Shown here piece after piece: positions 18,930-32,535 of a stretch of 49,766 nt of DNA (position 1 is its first letter; every line of letters starts with the position of its first letter). The translations under genes and the position numbers were made by a program. The notes beneath the pieces are model-generated. The model searched no databases. It saw only the letters and a list, made by a program, of their open reading frames with translations, and was not told the origin of the DNA. Location: the NCBI GenBank assembly GCA_031409655.1, contig JANNXQ010000299.1, positions 1-49,766 of the forward strand. Direction: 5' to 3'. Origin of the DNA: Chthoniobacteraceae bacterium (GTDB lineage Bacteria > Verrucomicrobiota > Verrucomicrobiia > Chthoniobacterales > Chthoniobacteraceae).

Positions 18930-20051
18930 ATGAACCGCCGCCGTTTCCTCGCCACCCTGGCGTGCGCCTCGATCACCACGGCCCGCGCGCAGAATCGAGC
19001 CGCGTTTTTCACCCTCGCGCAGCACCGCGGACGCTGGTGGCTCCTCACTCCCGCGGGTGAGCCGTTCTTTTCCATCGGGCTCAATCACATCGATCCCTCG
19101 CCACTGCGCTACGCCGCGAATGGCGATCTGTGGCAGCGCAAATACGGCAACTCGATGGAGCGCTGGCTCAAGGAAGCCGTCGCGCCGGACTTACAGACCT
19201 GGGGCTTCAACTCGGTCGGCTGGACGCAGGAAGTCGTGACGCGCGGGCTCACCAATCATCGGCACTCGCGAGGGTTCACCTTCGAGGAATATCAGTGGCT
19301 TGGCCTGCCGTATTGCCATCAGCTTCCCTTCGCGGATTTCCATCAGTGGGAAACGGAGACGCGGCATCCGGATTTCACGAGCCCGGAGTTTGCCGAGTGG
19401 TGCGATTACGTGGCCCGCGAGCACTGCGCGCGGATGAAGGACGATCCGAAACTCATCGGGTACTTCTACACCGACTGCCCGACGTGGATTCACACCACGC
19501 CCACCACCTCGTGGAAAGGACCGCTCTTCGATCCGGCGAAGCTCCAGACCGAAGCCGGCCGCAAGGAACTCTTCGACCTCGCCACGCGCTGGTATCGCAT
19601 CACCCACGACGCCATCCGCCGCTACGATCCGCATCATCTCATCCTCGGCGATCGCTATGAGGCGGGCCGCCCCATCGCCGACGAAGTCATCGACGCCGCG
19701 AAACCTTTCGTCGATGTCCTGAGCTTCCAGCACTTCGCGCCTTCCGAGAAGGTGGCCGCGAACCTCGCGGAGTGGCATCGGAAAACGGGCAAGCCTGTAC
19801 TGCTCGCCGACCACGCCATCCAAGTCCGATCACCCGACGGCAGTGGCCGTCACGACGGCACCGGTTACGCGGAGACCCTGCGCCGGCTGCGCGAAGAACC
19901 CGGCTGCGTCGGCCTGCATCTCTGCGGCGCCTACCTGCGCAACGAAGCGCGGAAACGAGCCTTGCGCGACGCGTCGGAACAGCCCGACGAAACCGCGCTC
20001 GCCGCCATCACCGCCGCCAATCGAGAGACGCGCGAGTGGATGCTTCAGTGA
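18930..20051 (+). CDS. Tat-exported GH50/agarase-like TIM-barrel protein with atypical catalytic residues
   Basis: MNRRRFL Tat signal, GRWWLLTPAGEPFFSIGLNHI, WGFNSVGW, DDPKLIGYF, AIRRYDPHHLILGDRY, TGKPVLL. Confidence 0.7.
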   Translation: MNRRRFLATLACASITTARAQNRAAFFTLAQHRGRWWLLTPAGEPFFSIGLNHIDPSPLRYAANGDLWQRKYGNSMERWLKEAVAPDLQTWGFNSVGWTQEVVTRGLTNHRHSRGFTFEEYQWLGLPYCHQLPFADFHQWETETRHPDFTSPEFAEWCDYVAREHCARMKDDPKLIGYFYTDCPTWIHTTPTTSWKGPLFDPAKLQTEAGRKELFDLATRWYRITHDAIRRYDPHHLILGDRYEAGRPIADEVIDAAKPFVDVLSFQHFAPSEKVAANLAEWHRKTGKPVLLADHAIQVRSPDGSGRHDGTGYAETLRRLREEPGCVGLHLCGAYLRNEARKRALRDASEQPDETALAAITAANRETREWMLQ

Positions 20052-20093
20052 ACGCTGCTCGCACCCATCCATAGAGACGTAGCCGTCGGGCGT

Positions 20094-20152
20094 GGAGCGC
20101 GGACGGCCTCGTCCGCTTCTCATCACCCGGCGGACGGGGCCGTCCGCGCTCC
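20094..20152. repeat. REP/REPIN-like inverted pair of palindromes between convergent genes
   Basis: GGAGCGCGGACGGCCTCGTCCGC (20094-20116) and an inverted copy (20130-20152), 22/23 identical. Each arm is itself a hairpin. Confidence 0.75.
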
Positions 20153-20185
20153 GATCGTTCCGTCCGCATCTTTTCCCGAACCGCT

Positions 20186-21274
20186 CTACCGCTGCACCGC
20201 GACGGATTTGGGCGGGAGCAATTGCGCGAGACCGGCCGCCGCCCACGCCGTCGCAGCCGTGGAGATGAACTGATGCTCGCCGTGCGGATCGCCGTTCTCG
20301 AAGTAGGGCTGCGCTTTGAATTTCTGATGCGACTCGACGAGCCACGAGCCATCCGCGTGCTGCGTGCGCAGCAGGTAATCGCGGGCGCGCAGCACCGCGG
20401 GATCGTCGAGCGCGGTACCGGTGTGGCCGAGCATGAAGAGTGTCTGCGCCGTCGAGTAGGCGTCGCTCGTGCGCTCGTCGGTTTCCGCCCAGCCGCCGTC
20501 GTCGCGTTGCGCGGCGAGGATCGCGGCTTGCACCGTCCGCTTCACCTCCGCATCGCCACCGAGCAGATGCAGACCCCACAGCCGCCACAGTCGATCCTGC
20601 TGCGTCTTCAGCCGCACCTGCACCAGCCACGCCTCCGCGGCAGTCCGCGCCTTCACGACTTCCGGGCGCTGCGCGGGCGTCGCGTATTTCTCCAAGCCGA
20701 GCAGCACCAGCACCGTATCCGCGAGGTCCGAGCCTTGCAGCGGCGCGCGCCGGCAGGAGGCGATCCAACGGCCATCGGCCAGCTTCGGCTCCGCGTCCGC
20801 TGGGCGATCGCGGAGGCGCTGCACACCCTGGATTTGGAGCAGGTAAGTCACCATCGCCGTGGTGGTCTCATCTGCCGGGCGCTCGTCGAGGATCAGCGCC
20901 CAGAAGCCATATGCCGTGGTGGCCGCGCCGCCGGGCACATGCTCGCCGTCGTCCATGTCTTCGATGCGCTCCGCAAAATACTTGTGCGTCGTCTCCGCCT
21001 GCGAGCGCAGCCACGCCGCATCCGGCGCAAAGCCCGCCCGCGCCGCGGTGCGCACCGCGAGCATCGGGAGCGTCTGATGATGGCAGGAAAAACACGTCTT
21101 ATTCTTCTGCCAGTTCGACGCTGCGCGCGTGACCAGCGTCAGCGCGCGTCCCGTCGCTGCCTCCACATCCGCCGTGGTGAACTCCGCCGCGCCGGCACTC
21201 ACGAGCAGCAGTCCGAGGAGGAATGGCGCGATGCGGAGTGGAGAGATCATGGTCGTGCGGTGCGTGCTTTTCAC
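20186..21274 (-). CDS. Exported prenyltransferase/squalene-cyclase-repeat (alpha/alpha toroid) protein with CxxCH
   Basis: Signal peptide, TCFSCHHQ, QW-type repeats (AAQRDDGGWA; LLRTQHADGSWLV), SDAYSTAQTL, QFISTAATAWA. The start could instead be 21250. Confidence 0.8.
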   Translation of the reverse strand: MKSTHRTTMISPLRIAPFLLGLLLVSAGAAEFTTADVEAATGRALTLVTRAASNWQKNKTCFSCHHQTLPMLAVRTAARAGFAPDAAWLRSQAETTHKYFAERIEDMDDGEHVPGGAATTAYGFWALILDERPADETTTAMVTYLLQIQGVQRLRDRPADAEPKLADGRWIASCRRAPLQGSDLADTVLVLLGLEKYATPAQRPEVVKARTAAEAWLVQVRLKTQQDRLWRLWGLHLLGGDAEVKRTVQAAILAAQRDDGGWAETDERTSDAYSTAQTLFMLGHTGTALDDPAVLRARDYLLRTQHADGSWLVESHQKFKAQPYFENGDPHGEHQFISTAATAWAAAGLAQLLPPKSVAVQR

Positions 21275-22300
21275 TTACCCCGGTCGCAGCACGCTCTTCA
21301 CCACTGCGCCGCTGTGCATTTTCTCAAAGGCCTCGCGCCATTCCGTGATCGGCCACACCCCGCCAATGATCGGCTTCACGTCGAACTGCCCACTTGCGAG
21401 CAGCGCGATGACGCGCTCCCAGATCGGCCAGTTGTGGGAAAAACTTCCTTGCAGTGTGATGTTCTTTTGCACCAGCGGATCAAGGTTGAAGCCAAGCGGT
21501 TGCGGACCCCAGCCGACTTTGCTGATCCAGCCCGCGGGGCGCACCAGATCGAGCGCGATCTTCAGCGTGAGGCTCGCGCCCGCGGCGTCGATCACCCCAT
21601 CGCAGCCGAGCCCATCGCGCTGCTGCGCCCAGGCCTTCGCGTCGCCGATGATCGCTTCGCAGCCATACTGCTTTGCGATCTCCAGCCGGTGCCGATCCGC
21701 CTCCAGTCCCACCAGCGCCACCTCCGCGCCGCAGAGCCGCGCCATCGCCGCGCCGAGGATGCCGATGGTCCCCGGCCCGAGCACCACCACGCGATCCCCA
21801 GGCTCGATGCGCGCGTTTTTCACCACCGCATTGTAGGCCACGCAGCACGGCTCCGTGAGACACGCCTGCTCAAAAGGGAGCTGATCCGGCACATGGTGCA
21901 GGATACGCGCGGGCACGCGGACGTACTTCGTCATCGCGCCATTCACCCCGTAGCCGAAACCCTTCCGCGTCGGGTCCAGATTATAGAGCCCGCGCCGCGT
22001 CATCGGGTTGTTTTGGGAAATGATCGCCGCCGTCTCGCTGACCACGCGATCCCCTTCCTGCCAGCCCTCGACTTCCGCGCCGACCTCGACGATCCGCCCG
22101 CCGAATTCGTGCCCGAGCACCACGGGATAGTTCACTGGCCACGAGTGATCCGCGGTCCACTGGTGCAGATCGCTGCCACAAACGCCGACGTTGGCGACTT
22201 CGAGCAGCACGTCATTCCCGGCGATCGTCGGCCGTTCGATCTCCCGGATTTCGACGGAGTGCTTCTCGGGAGCGTAGTTGACGACGGCGGCGGATTTCAT
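21275..22300 (-). CDS. Zinc-binding dehydrogenase (sorbitol/threonine dehydrogenase-like MDR)
   Basis: GVCGSDLH, VLGHEFGG, LTEPCCVA, VLGPGTIG. Confidence 0.9.
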   Translation of the reverse strand: MKSAAVVNYAPEKHSVEIREIERPTIAGNDVLLEVANVGVCGSDLHQWTADHSWPVNYPVVLGHEFGGRIVEVGAEVEGWQEGDRVVSETAAIISQNNPMTRRGLYNLDPTRKGFGYGVNGAMTKYVRVPARILHHVPDQLPFEQACLTEPCCVAYNAVVKNARIEPGDRVVVLGPGTIGILGAAMARLCGAEVALVGLEADRHRLEIAKQYGCEAIIGDAKAWAQQRDGLGCDGVIDAAGASLTLKIALDLVRPAGWISKVGWGPQPLGFNLDPLVQKNITLQGSFSHNWPIWERVIALLASGQFDVKPIIGGVWPITEWREAFEKMHSGAVVKSVLRPG

Positions 22301-22540
22301 CGGGTGAGAAACGTGCCGAGTTTCCGCCGCATCGGCACGCGAAAGAATGCGCGAAATGCGACTTGGGCGGATTCAGGGGCTCCGGCTTGCCGCGGTTTGA
22401 AGGCCACCCCGGGCGCGCCGGGTCGAAGGTCCGGCGGGCTCTGGCGGGTGCTTTTTTGAGGAATCCCTGCGCGCCAGAAAAAGATTGTAAAATATTCTTG
22501 CGGGGCATGGGAACGCGTGTGAACCTCCCCCTCCCACATC

Positions 22541-22776
22541 TGCGAGGTTGATCACCTCGCATTTTTCGTCTTGAGCACCGCCGCCGTCCGTCGCCCACAT
22601 TTTACCAAGCTGAAACCCAGAAACGCAGAAGCCGAAAGCCGACTTCTGCGTTTCTGCGCCTCTGCGTGTGGCGTGGATTCGAGGTTTTAAAGGCAAGATT
22701 TTAATTCGTTTCTTCCGCTGGCTGGTTGGCGGAATGAGGCGCCGACCGCAAGCAACCGCCCACTGAGCAATATCCC
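22541..22776 (+). promoter_or_regulatory. Structured rpoB leader region (attenuator-like)
   Basis: Hairpin TGCGAGGT-TGATC-ACCTCGCA plus TTTTT (22541-22566), a perfect 14-bp stem 22618-22631/22643-22656, and a third stem 22724-22747. Confidence 0.45.
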
Positions 22777-26586
<3,810 letters not shown>

Positions 26587-26701
26587 CACCCAACCAACCA
26601 ACCACTCTTACTCCCTTCCATTTTCCCTCCTGCCAGTGCTCTGATCCGAGCGCTGGCAGAGGAAGGCGGGAGATGGCGTAAGAATCAAGAAATACAGACT
26701 T

Positions 26702-29700
26702 ATGAGCGATCTTACTATTCGTGAACTGATGGGTGAAGAGCGGACTCTGGGCTTTGACCAGGTCGGCATCACGGTGGCCTCGCCGGAATCGATCCGGGCA
26801 TGGTCCAGCGGCGAGGTGAAGAACCCCGAGACAATCAATTACCGGACATTCAAGCCCGAGAAGGGCGGTCTTTTCTGCGAGCGCATCTTCGGTCCCACGC
26901 GGGACTGGGAGTGCTCCTGCGGAAAGTACAAGCGCATCAAGCACAAGGGCGTCATCTGCGACCGCTGCGGCGTCGAAGTCACTCTCGCCCGCGTGCGCCG
27001 CGAGCGCATGGGCCACATCGAACTCGCGGTGCCGGTTACGCACATCTGGTTCTATAAGTGCATGCCTTCCCGCATCGGCCTCATGCTCGACATGTCGGGC
27101 CGGCAGCTTGAGCGCGTCATTTACTACGAAGACTACATCGTCATCGATCCGGGCCAGACGCCGCTCCAGCGCTGCCAGCTCCTGACCGAAGCGGAGTATC
27201 GTGAAGCGCAGGAACAGTACGGTGAGACTTTCCAGGCCGGCATGGGTGGCGAAGCCATCAACATGCTTCTTAAGCAGGCCGATCTCGCTGGGTTGCAGAA
27301 GGAACTGGAGGAAGCGATGGGCAACACCCGCTCCAAGCAGATCCGCAAGAAACTCGCGAAGCGCCTCAAGCTCGTGCAGGGCTTTGCGACCTCGCACACG
27401 CGTCCTGAGTGGATGGTGCTCGACGTTCTCCCTGTGATCCCTCCGGACCTGCGCCCGCTGGTCCCGCTCGAAGGTGGACGTTTCGCGACTTCCGATCTCA
27501 ACGATCTCTATCGCCGCGTCATCAATCGGAACAACCGTCTCAAGAACTTGCTCCAACTCAAGACGCCGGATGTCATCATCCGGAACGAGAAGCGCATGTT
27601 GCAGGAAGCGGTGGACGCACTGTTTGACAACGGTCGCCATGGCCGCGCCGTCACTGGCGCCGGCAATCGCCCGCTGAAGTCCCTCTCCGACATGCTCAAG
27701 GGCAAGGGCGGACGCTTCCGGCAGAACTTGCTCGGCAAGCGCGTCGATTACTCCGGTCGATCCGTGATCGTCATCGGTCCCGAACTCAAGCTCCACCAGT
27801 GCGGTCTTCCCAAAAAGATGGCACTCGTGTTGTTCGAGCCCTTCATCATCCGCGTGCTCAAGGAGCGTGGCTACGTCCACACCGTGCGCAGCGCGAAGAA
27901 GATGATCGAGCGTCAGACACCTGAAGTCTGGGACATCCTCGAAGAAGTCACCAAGGGACACCCGGTCCTGCTTAACCGCGCTCCGACCCTACATCGTCTC
28001 TCGATCCAGGCCTTTGAGCCCCAGCTTATCGAAGGTGAAGCCATCCGCATTCATCCGCTCGTCTGTACGGCTTACAACGCCGACTTCGACGGTGATCAGA
28101 TGGCCGTCCACGTGCCGCTGAGCGTCGAGGCCCAGATGGAAGCCCGCATGCTGATGCTGGCTCCGAATAACCTCTTCTCGCCCGCGAGCGGCAAGCCGAT
28201 CACGACTCCTTCCCAGGACATTGTGCTTGGTTGTTACTTCCTGACCCAGAACCCGCGCAAGCTGGCTGGATCGAAGGAGCCCGAACGCCTTTCCCTCTTT
28301 GCTGACGCTAGTGAAGTCGAGTTTGCGATGGCTGAAGGTGCGATTCGCATTCTGGACCGCATCCGCCTGAAGAATCCCGATTACGGCATCGAAAACACGG
28401 TCTTCGGCGATCATACCAAGAAGATCCTTGAAACCACCGCCGGTCGCGTTGTCTTTAACGAGATCTGGCCCAAGGGAGTCGGCTTCTTTAACAAAGCCTG
28501 CGGCAAGAAGCAGCTCTCGGACGTGATCTTCCGCACTTACGGAAAGGCCGGCCACGCGGCCACCGTCGAAATGCTCGATCGTCTGAAGGAACTCGGCTTC
28601 TTCTGGGCCATGCGCGCCGGTGTCTCCATCGGCATCAGCGACATGATCATCCCGAAAGAGAAGCAGCTCGAACTCGACAGTGCCTACAAGCAGATCACCG
28701 TCGTCGAGAAGCAGTATCGCCAGGGCATCATTACTGATGGAGAGCGTTACAATAAGATCATCGACATCTGGACCCACGCTGGTGAGGAAATCTCGAACGT
28801 CATGTTCCGGACCCTCGAACACAACGAGGGCCGCAAGGAGCTGAATCCGGTTTACCTCATGGTGGACTCCGGCGCCCGCGGCAATCGCCAGCAGGTCAAG
28901 CAGCTCGCAGGGATGCGCGGCCTCATGGCCAAGCCTTCCGGCGAAATCATTGAACGCCCGATCACCTCAAACTTCCGCGAGGGTCTGACCGTGCTCGAAT
29001 ACTTCATCTCCACGCATGGCGCCCGCAAGGGTCTCGCGGATACCGCGCTCAAGACCGCCGACTCTGGCTATCTGACCCGCAAGCTTGTCGATGCCTCGCA
29101 GGACGTCATCATCAGCGAAGACGACTGTAAGACCACCGGTGGCATCGTCGTCCGCTCGATCTACGAAGGAGACGAAGAAGTCGTCGATCTCGCGACGCGG
29201 ATCATCGGCCGCACCAGTTGCGAGACGGTGAAAGATCCAGTCAGCGCGACTACGCTCATCAAGAAAGGCCACCTCATCGACGAAAAGACGGCGCTGGCTA
29301 TCGAGAAAGTCGGCGTGGAGCAACTCAAGATCCGTTCCGTCCTCACTTGCGAAAGCAAGCGTGGCTGCTGCGCGAAGTGCTACGGCCGCAACCTGGCCAC
29401 GGGCCAGATGGTCAAACTCGGCGAGGCTGTCGGCATCATCGCCGCGCAGTCCATCGGCGAGCCCGGGACGCAGCTCACGATGCGCACCTTCCACATCGGC
29501 GGCGTCGCCTCCGGCACCTTCAAGCAGCCAGTCATCAAGGCGAAGAACGACGGTGACATTCGCTTCAACGACCTCCGCGTCGTACAGAACCTCGAAGGCC
29601 AGTGGATCGCCCTGAATAAGAACGGAACCGTCACCATCCATGCCAAGGATGGCCGGGAGCTTGAGCGCGCCAACATCGTCGTCGGCACCACGATCAACAT

Positions 29701-30823
29701 CGCTGATGGCACCCATGTAAAGAAGGGTGACACCGTCGCGCAGTGGGATCCGCACAATGTACCAATTCTCACGGAGCGCACCGGCAAGGTGGAATTCCGC
29801 GACATGATCCAGGGCGTGACCATTAAGAAGGAAGTCGATGAAGCCACTGGCGTCATGGGCACTGTCGTCATCGAACACAAAGAAGATCTGCATCCCCAGA
29901 TCGTCATCGTGGACGAGAAGACGAAGGAAGTCCTCGCCAGTTACTCCATCCCGGCCGGTGCGCACGTCGCCGTGGCCGAAAAGTCGAAAGTTCAGGCCGG
30001 CACTTTGCTCGCCAAGACTCCGCGCAAGGTCGCGAAGACCAAGGACATCACCGGCGGTCTGCCGCGGGTGGCCGAGCTCTTCGAAGCCCGCCGTCCGAAG
30101 GACGCAGCCGAGATCGCGAAGATCGACGGCGTCGTCGAAATCGGAGGCACTGTCCGCGGGAAGCGCAAGATCATCGTCAAGGACCCTGAGACCGAAGCCG
30201 AGGAGGAGCATCTCGTGCCGATGAACAAGCACATCATCGTCTTCAAGGGCGATCTCGTGAAGAAAGGCCAGCAGCTCACCGAAGGACCCGTGCCTCCGCA
30301 CGACATCCTCGACGTTCTCGGACCTCAAGCCTTGCAGGAGCACATGGTCAATGAAGTGCAGGAAGTCTATCGCCTCCAGGGCGTGGAAATTTCCGACAAG
30401 CACATCGAGATCATCGTCCGGCAGATGCTGCGCAAGGTGAAGATCACCGATCCCGGCGATACCTCGATGCTCTGGGGCGATCAAATCGATCGACTCACCT
30501 TCGAGAAAGAGAACGACGAAGTGCAGGCGAAAGGCGGCAAGCCCGCTGAAGCGGTACCCGTGCTCCTCGGGATTACCAAGGCCAGCCTTGAGACCGAATC
30601 CTTCATCAGCGCCGCGAGTTTCCAGGACACCACGCGTGTCCTCACCGAAGCTGCCACGCTGGGCCGCATCGATCACCTCCGCGGCTTCAAGGAAAACGTC
30701 ATCATGGGGCACCTCATCCCGGCTGGCACTGGCTTCCCGCTGCACCGCGACGTGAAGATCATCCAGCTCGGCGAGGGCTTGGGTGGGGCCGAATCAGCCG
30801 CCCCGGAACAAGTCGCTGGCTAA
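26702..30823 (+). CDS. rpoC: DNA-directed RNA polymerase subunit beta'
   Basis: Zn-finger [54 protein letters not shown]. Confidence 0.99.
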   Translation: MSDLTIRELMGEERTLGFDQVGITVASPESIRAWSSGEVKNPETINYRTFKPEKGGLFCERIFGPTRDWECSCGKYKRIKHKGVICDRCGVEVTLARVRRERMGHIELAVPVTHIWFYKCMPSRIGLMLDMSGRQLERVIYYEDYIVIDPGQTPLQRCQLLTEAEYREAQEQYGETFQAGMGGEAINMLLKQADLAGLQKELEEAMGNTRSKQIRKKLAKRLKLVQGFATSHTRPEWMVLDVLPVIPPDLRPLVPLEGGRFATSDLNDLYRRVINRNNRLKNLLQLKTPDVIIRNEKRMLQEAVDALFDNGRHGRAVTGAGNRPLKSLSDMLKGKGGRFRQNLLGKRVDYSGRSVIVIGPELKLHQCGLPKKMALVLFEPFIIRVLKERGYVHTVRSAKKMIERQTPEVWDILEEVTKGHPVLLNRAPTLHRLSIQAFEPQLIEGEAIRIHPLVCTAYNADFDGDQMAVHVPLSVEAQMEARMLMLAPNNLFSPASGKPITTPSQDIVLGCYFLTQNPRKLAGSKEPERLSLFADASEVEFAMAEGAIRILDRIRLKNPDYGIENTVFGDHTKKILETTAGRVVFNEIWPKGVGFFNKACGKKQLSDVIFRTYGKAGHAATVEMLDRLKELGFFWAMRAGVSIGISDMIIPKEKQLELDSAYKQITVVEKQYRQGIITDGERYNKIIDIWTHAGEEISNVMFRTLEHNEGRKELNPVYLMVDSGARGNRQQVKQLAGMRGLMAKPSGEIIERPITSNFREGLTVLEYFISTHGARKGLADTALKTADSGYLTRKLVDASQDVIISEDDCKTTGGIVVRSIYEGDEEVVDLATRIIGRTSCETVKDPVSATTLIKKGHLIDEKTALAIEKVGVEQLKIRSVLTCESKRGCCAKCYGRNLATGQMVKLGEAVGIIAAQSIGEPGTQLTMRTFHIGGVASGTFKQPVIKAKNDGDIRFNDLRVVQNLEGQWIALNKNGTVTIHAKDGRELERANIVVGTTINIADGTHVKKGDTVAQWDPHNVPILTERTGKVEFRDMIQGVTIKKEVDEATGVMGTVVIEHKEDLHPQIVIVDEKTKEVLASYSIPAGAHVAVAEKSKVQAGTLLAKTPRKVAKTKDITGGLPRVAELFEARRPKDAAEIAKIDGVVEIGGTVRGKRKIIVKDPETEAEEEHLVPMNKHIIVFKGDLVKKGQQLTEGPVPPHDILDVLGPQALQEHMVNEVQEVYRLQGVEISDKHIEIIVRQMLRKVKITDPGDTSMLWGDQIDRLTFEKENDEVQAKGGKPAEAVPVLLGITKASLETESFISAASFQDTTRVLTEAATLGRIDHLRGFKENVIMGHLIPAGTGFPLHRDVKIIQLGEGLGGAESAAPEQVAG

Positions 30824-30843
30824 GCGAGTCCACAACTGTAGTA

Positions 30844-30883
30844 ACGAATGCCGAAGGCTCACCACCTTCGGCCTTCGTGTTTT
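30844..30883 (+). terminator. Rho-independent terminator after rpoC
   Basis: ACGAAtGCCGAAGG-ctcacca-CCTTCGGCcTTCGT followed by GTTTT. Confidence 0.75.
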
Positions 30884-30916
30884 CGGGCGATTGGAAGCGG
30901 GTTTGGCCTGGCCCGA

Positions 30917-31021
30917 ATGTTTCGCAGCAAAAAAGTGGTGGCGGATTTTTCCGGCGGCCACTTGAGTAGCGACGTCAGCGCGCTGCTGTTTCGGCAGATC
31001 GATCACGGCCTCGGGGTCATC
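30917..31021 (+). pseudogene. N-terminal scrap of an IS1380-family transposase
   Basis: MFRSKKVVADFSGGHLSSDVSALLFRQIDHGLGVI resembles the IS1380 N-terminal motif 'V.ADF.GG.LSSDGG.LLLRQ.D..LGL'. Confidence 0.7.
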
Positions 31022-31147
31022 GGAATCCACCTTTGCTCCGTCTCGGTCCGGTTTCGTTCTGGCCCCGACAATAGCCCCGCACGCCCCGGCCCCAAGAACG
31101 CCGGTGCGACCCGGTTGAATCGAAGAACGTTCCCTCATCGGCTCGCC

Positions 31148-32503
31148 ATGAAAGTCCTCCGCATCTGCCTCCTCCTCCCGCTCCTCACCTCCGCGCTCGT
31201 GGCGGCTGACGCCCCGCCGACCCCCGCCGCGCGACTCGTCGGCGTGGCCTCGGTGGACATCACACCCGACTACCCTGTGCGGCTCAGCGGTTACGGCAGC
31301 CGGCGAAATGTGAACGACGGAGTGGCGCAGCACATCTTCGCAAAGGCGCTGGCGATCGGTGGCGACAAGGAAGGTCCGGCAGTGCTGGTGACGGTGGATA
31401 ACTGCGCCGTGCCGGGTACGATCCGCGAGGAAGTCCTGCGTCGTCTCGGCGCGAAGACCTGGGTGCGCAGTGAGCGCTTCGCCATCGCCTTTAGCCATAC
31501 GCACTGCGCGCCGATGCTCAGTGGCGTGCTGCAGAATCTCTTCAGCATGGATATCCCGGCAGAGCACGTCCCGGCGATCGAACGCTACACGCGCGAATTC
31601 ACCGACCAGCTGGAGCAGGTCGCCCTCGCCGCGCTCGCGGATCGAAAACCCGCGCAGCTCGCCTGGGGCGTGGGCCGCGTCGGCTTCGCGAAAAATCGGC
31701 GCAACTTCCCGAACAAACCCATCGACCACGATCTGCCCGTCCTGCGCGTCACCGGCGAAGATGGCCGCGTGCGCGCCATCTTCACGAGCTACGCCTGCCA
31801 CTGCACCACCATCGGCATCGAGAGCATTCACGGTGACTGGGCAGGCTGTGCGCAGGAGGCGCTGCAGCGCGAATTTCCCGGAGCCATCGCGCTCACCGCG
31901 CTCGGTTGCGGCGCGGATCAAAATCCCGACCCACGGCGCACCCTGGAACTCGTGGTGCAATATGGCGAAGCCGTGGCCGCCGAAGCGAAGCGGCTCGCGA
32001 ACGAAAAACTCACCCCCATTGGCGGCGCGCTGGAGTGCCGCACGCGGCAGATCGAACTCGCCTACGCCCCACTCCCGACGAGGGCCGAATGGGAGACGCT
32101 CGCGCAATCGACGACGCCGTCCGTCGCATATCATGCCCGGAAAAATCTCGCGCGCCTCGACCGCGGCGAAACCCTGCCCACACAGCTTCCCTATCTCGTG
32201 CAGACGTGGTCCTTCGGTCGCGATCTCGCCATGGTCTTCCTGCCCGGCGAGGTCGTCGTGGACTACGGCCTGCGCCTCAAACGCGAGTTCGACCGCACCC
32301 GCCTCTGGGTGAACGCCTATGCAAACGATGCCCCTTGCTACATCCCGTCGCGACGCGTGCTGGAGGAAGGCGGCTACGAAGGCGCCACCGCGATGGTCTA
32401 TTACGACCGCCCCACAAAGTTCGCGCCAGAAGTGGAGGAGCGCATCATCGCCGCCGTGCATGAGCTGTTGCCGAAGCAGTTCCTAGCGAAGCCTACTCCC
32501 TGA
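31148..32503 (+). CDS. Exported neutral/alkaline ceramidase-like (PVC-type) hydrolase
   Basis: Signal peptide MKVLRICLLLPLLTSALVAA, VGVASVDITP..VRLSGY, SHTHCAP, YACHCT, GCGADQNP, LPGEVVVDY, YIPS..EGGYE. Confidence 0.8.
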   Translation: MKVLRICLLLPLLTSALVAADAPPTPAARLVGVASVDITPDYPVRLSGYGSRRNVNDGVAQHIFAKALAIGGDKEGPAVLVTVDNCAVPGTIREEVLRRLGAKTWVRSERFAIAFSHTHCAPMLSGVLQNLFSMDIPAEHVPAIERYTREFTDQLEQVALAALADRKPAQLAWGVGRVGFAKNRRNFPNKPIDHDLPVLRVTGEDGRVRAIFTSYACHCTTIGIESIHGDWAGCAQEALQREFPGAIALTALGCGADQNPDPRRTLELVVQYGEAVAAEAKRLANEKLTPIGGALECRTRQIELAYAPLPTRAEWETLAQSTTPSVAYHARKNLARLDRGETLPTQLPYLVQTWSFGRDLAMVFLPGEVVVDYGLRLKREFDRTRLWVNAYANDAPCYIPSRRVLEEGGYEGATAMVYYDRPTKFAPEVEERIIAAVHELLPKQFLAKPTP

Positions 32504-32535
32504 ATTCGCCCCCTGTGGCGTGTTTCTGTGAAACG

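Noticed and set aside
20222..22459. 745-aa plus-strand ORF opposite the dehydrogenase and prenyltransferase-fold genes
   Set aside because: Arg-rich antisense shadow ORF with no motifs.
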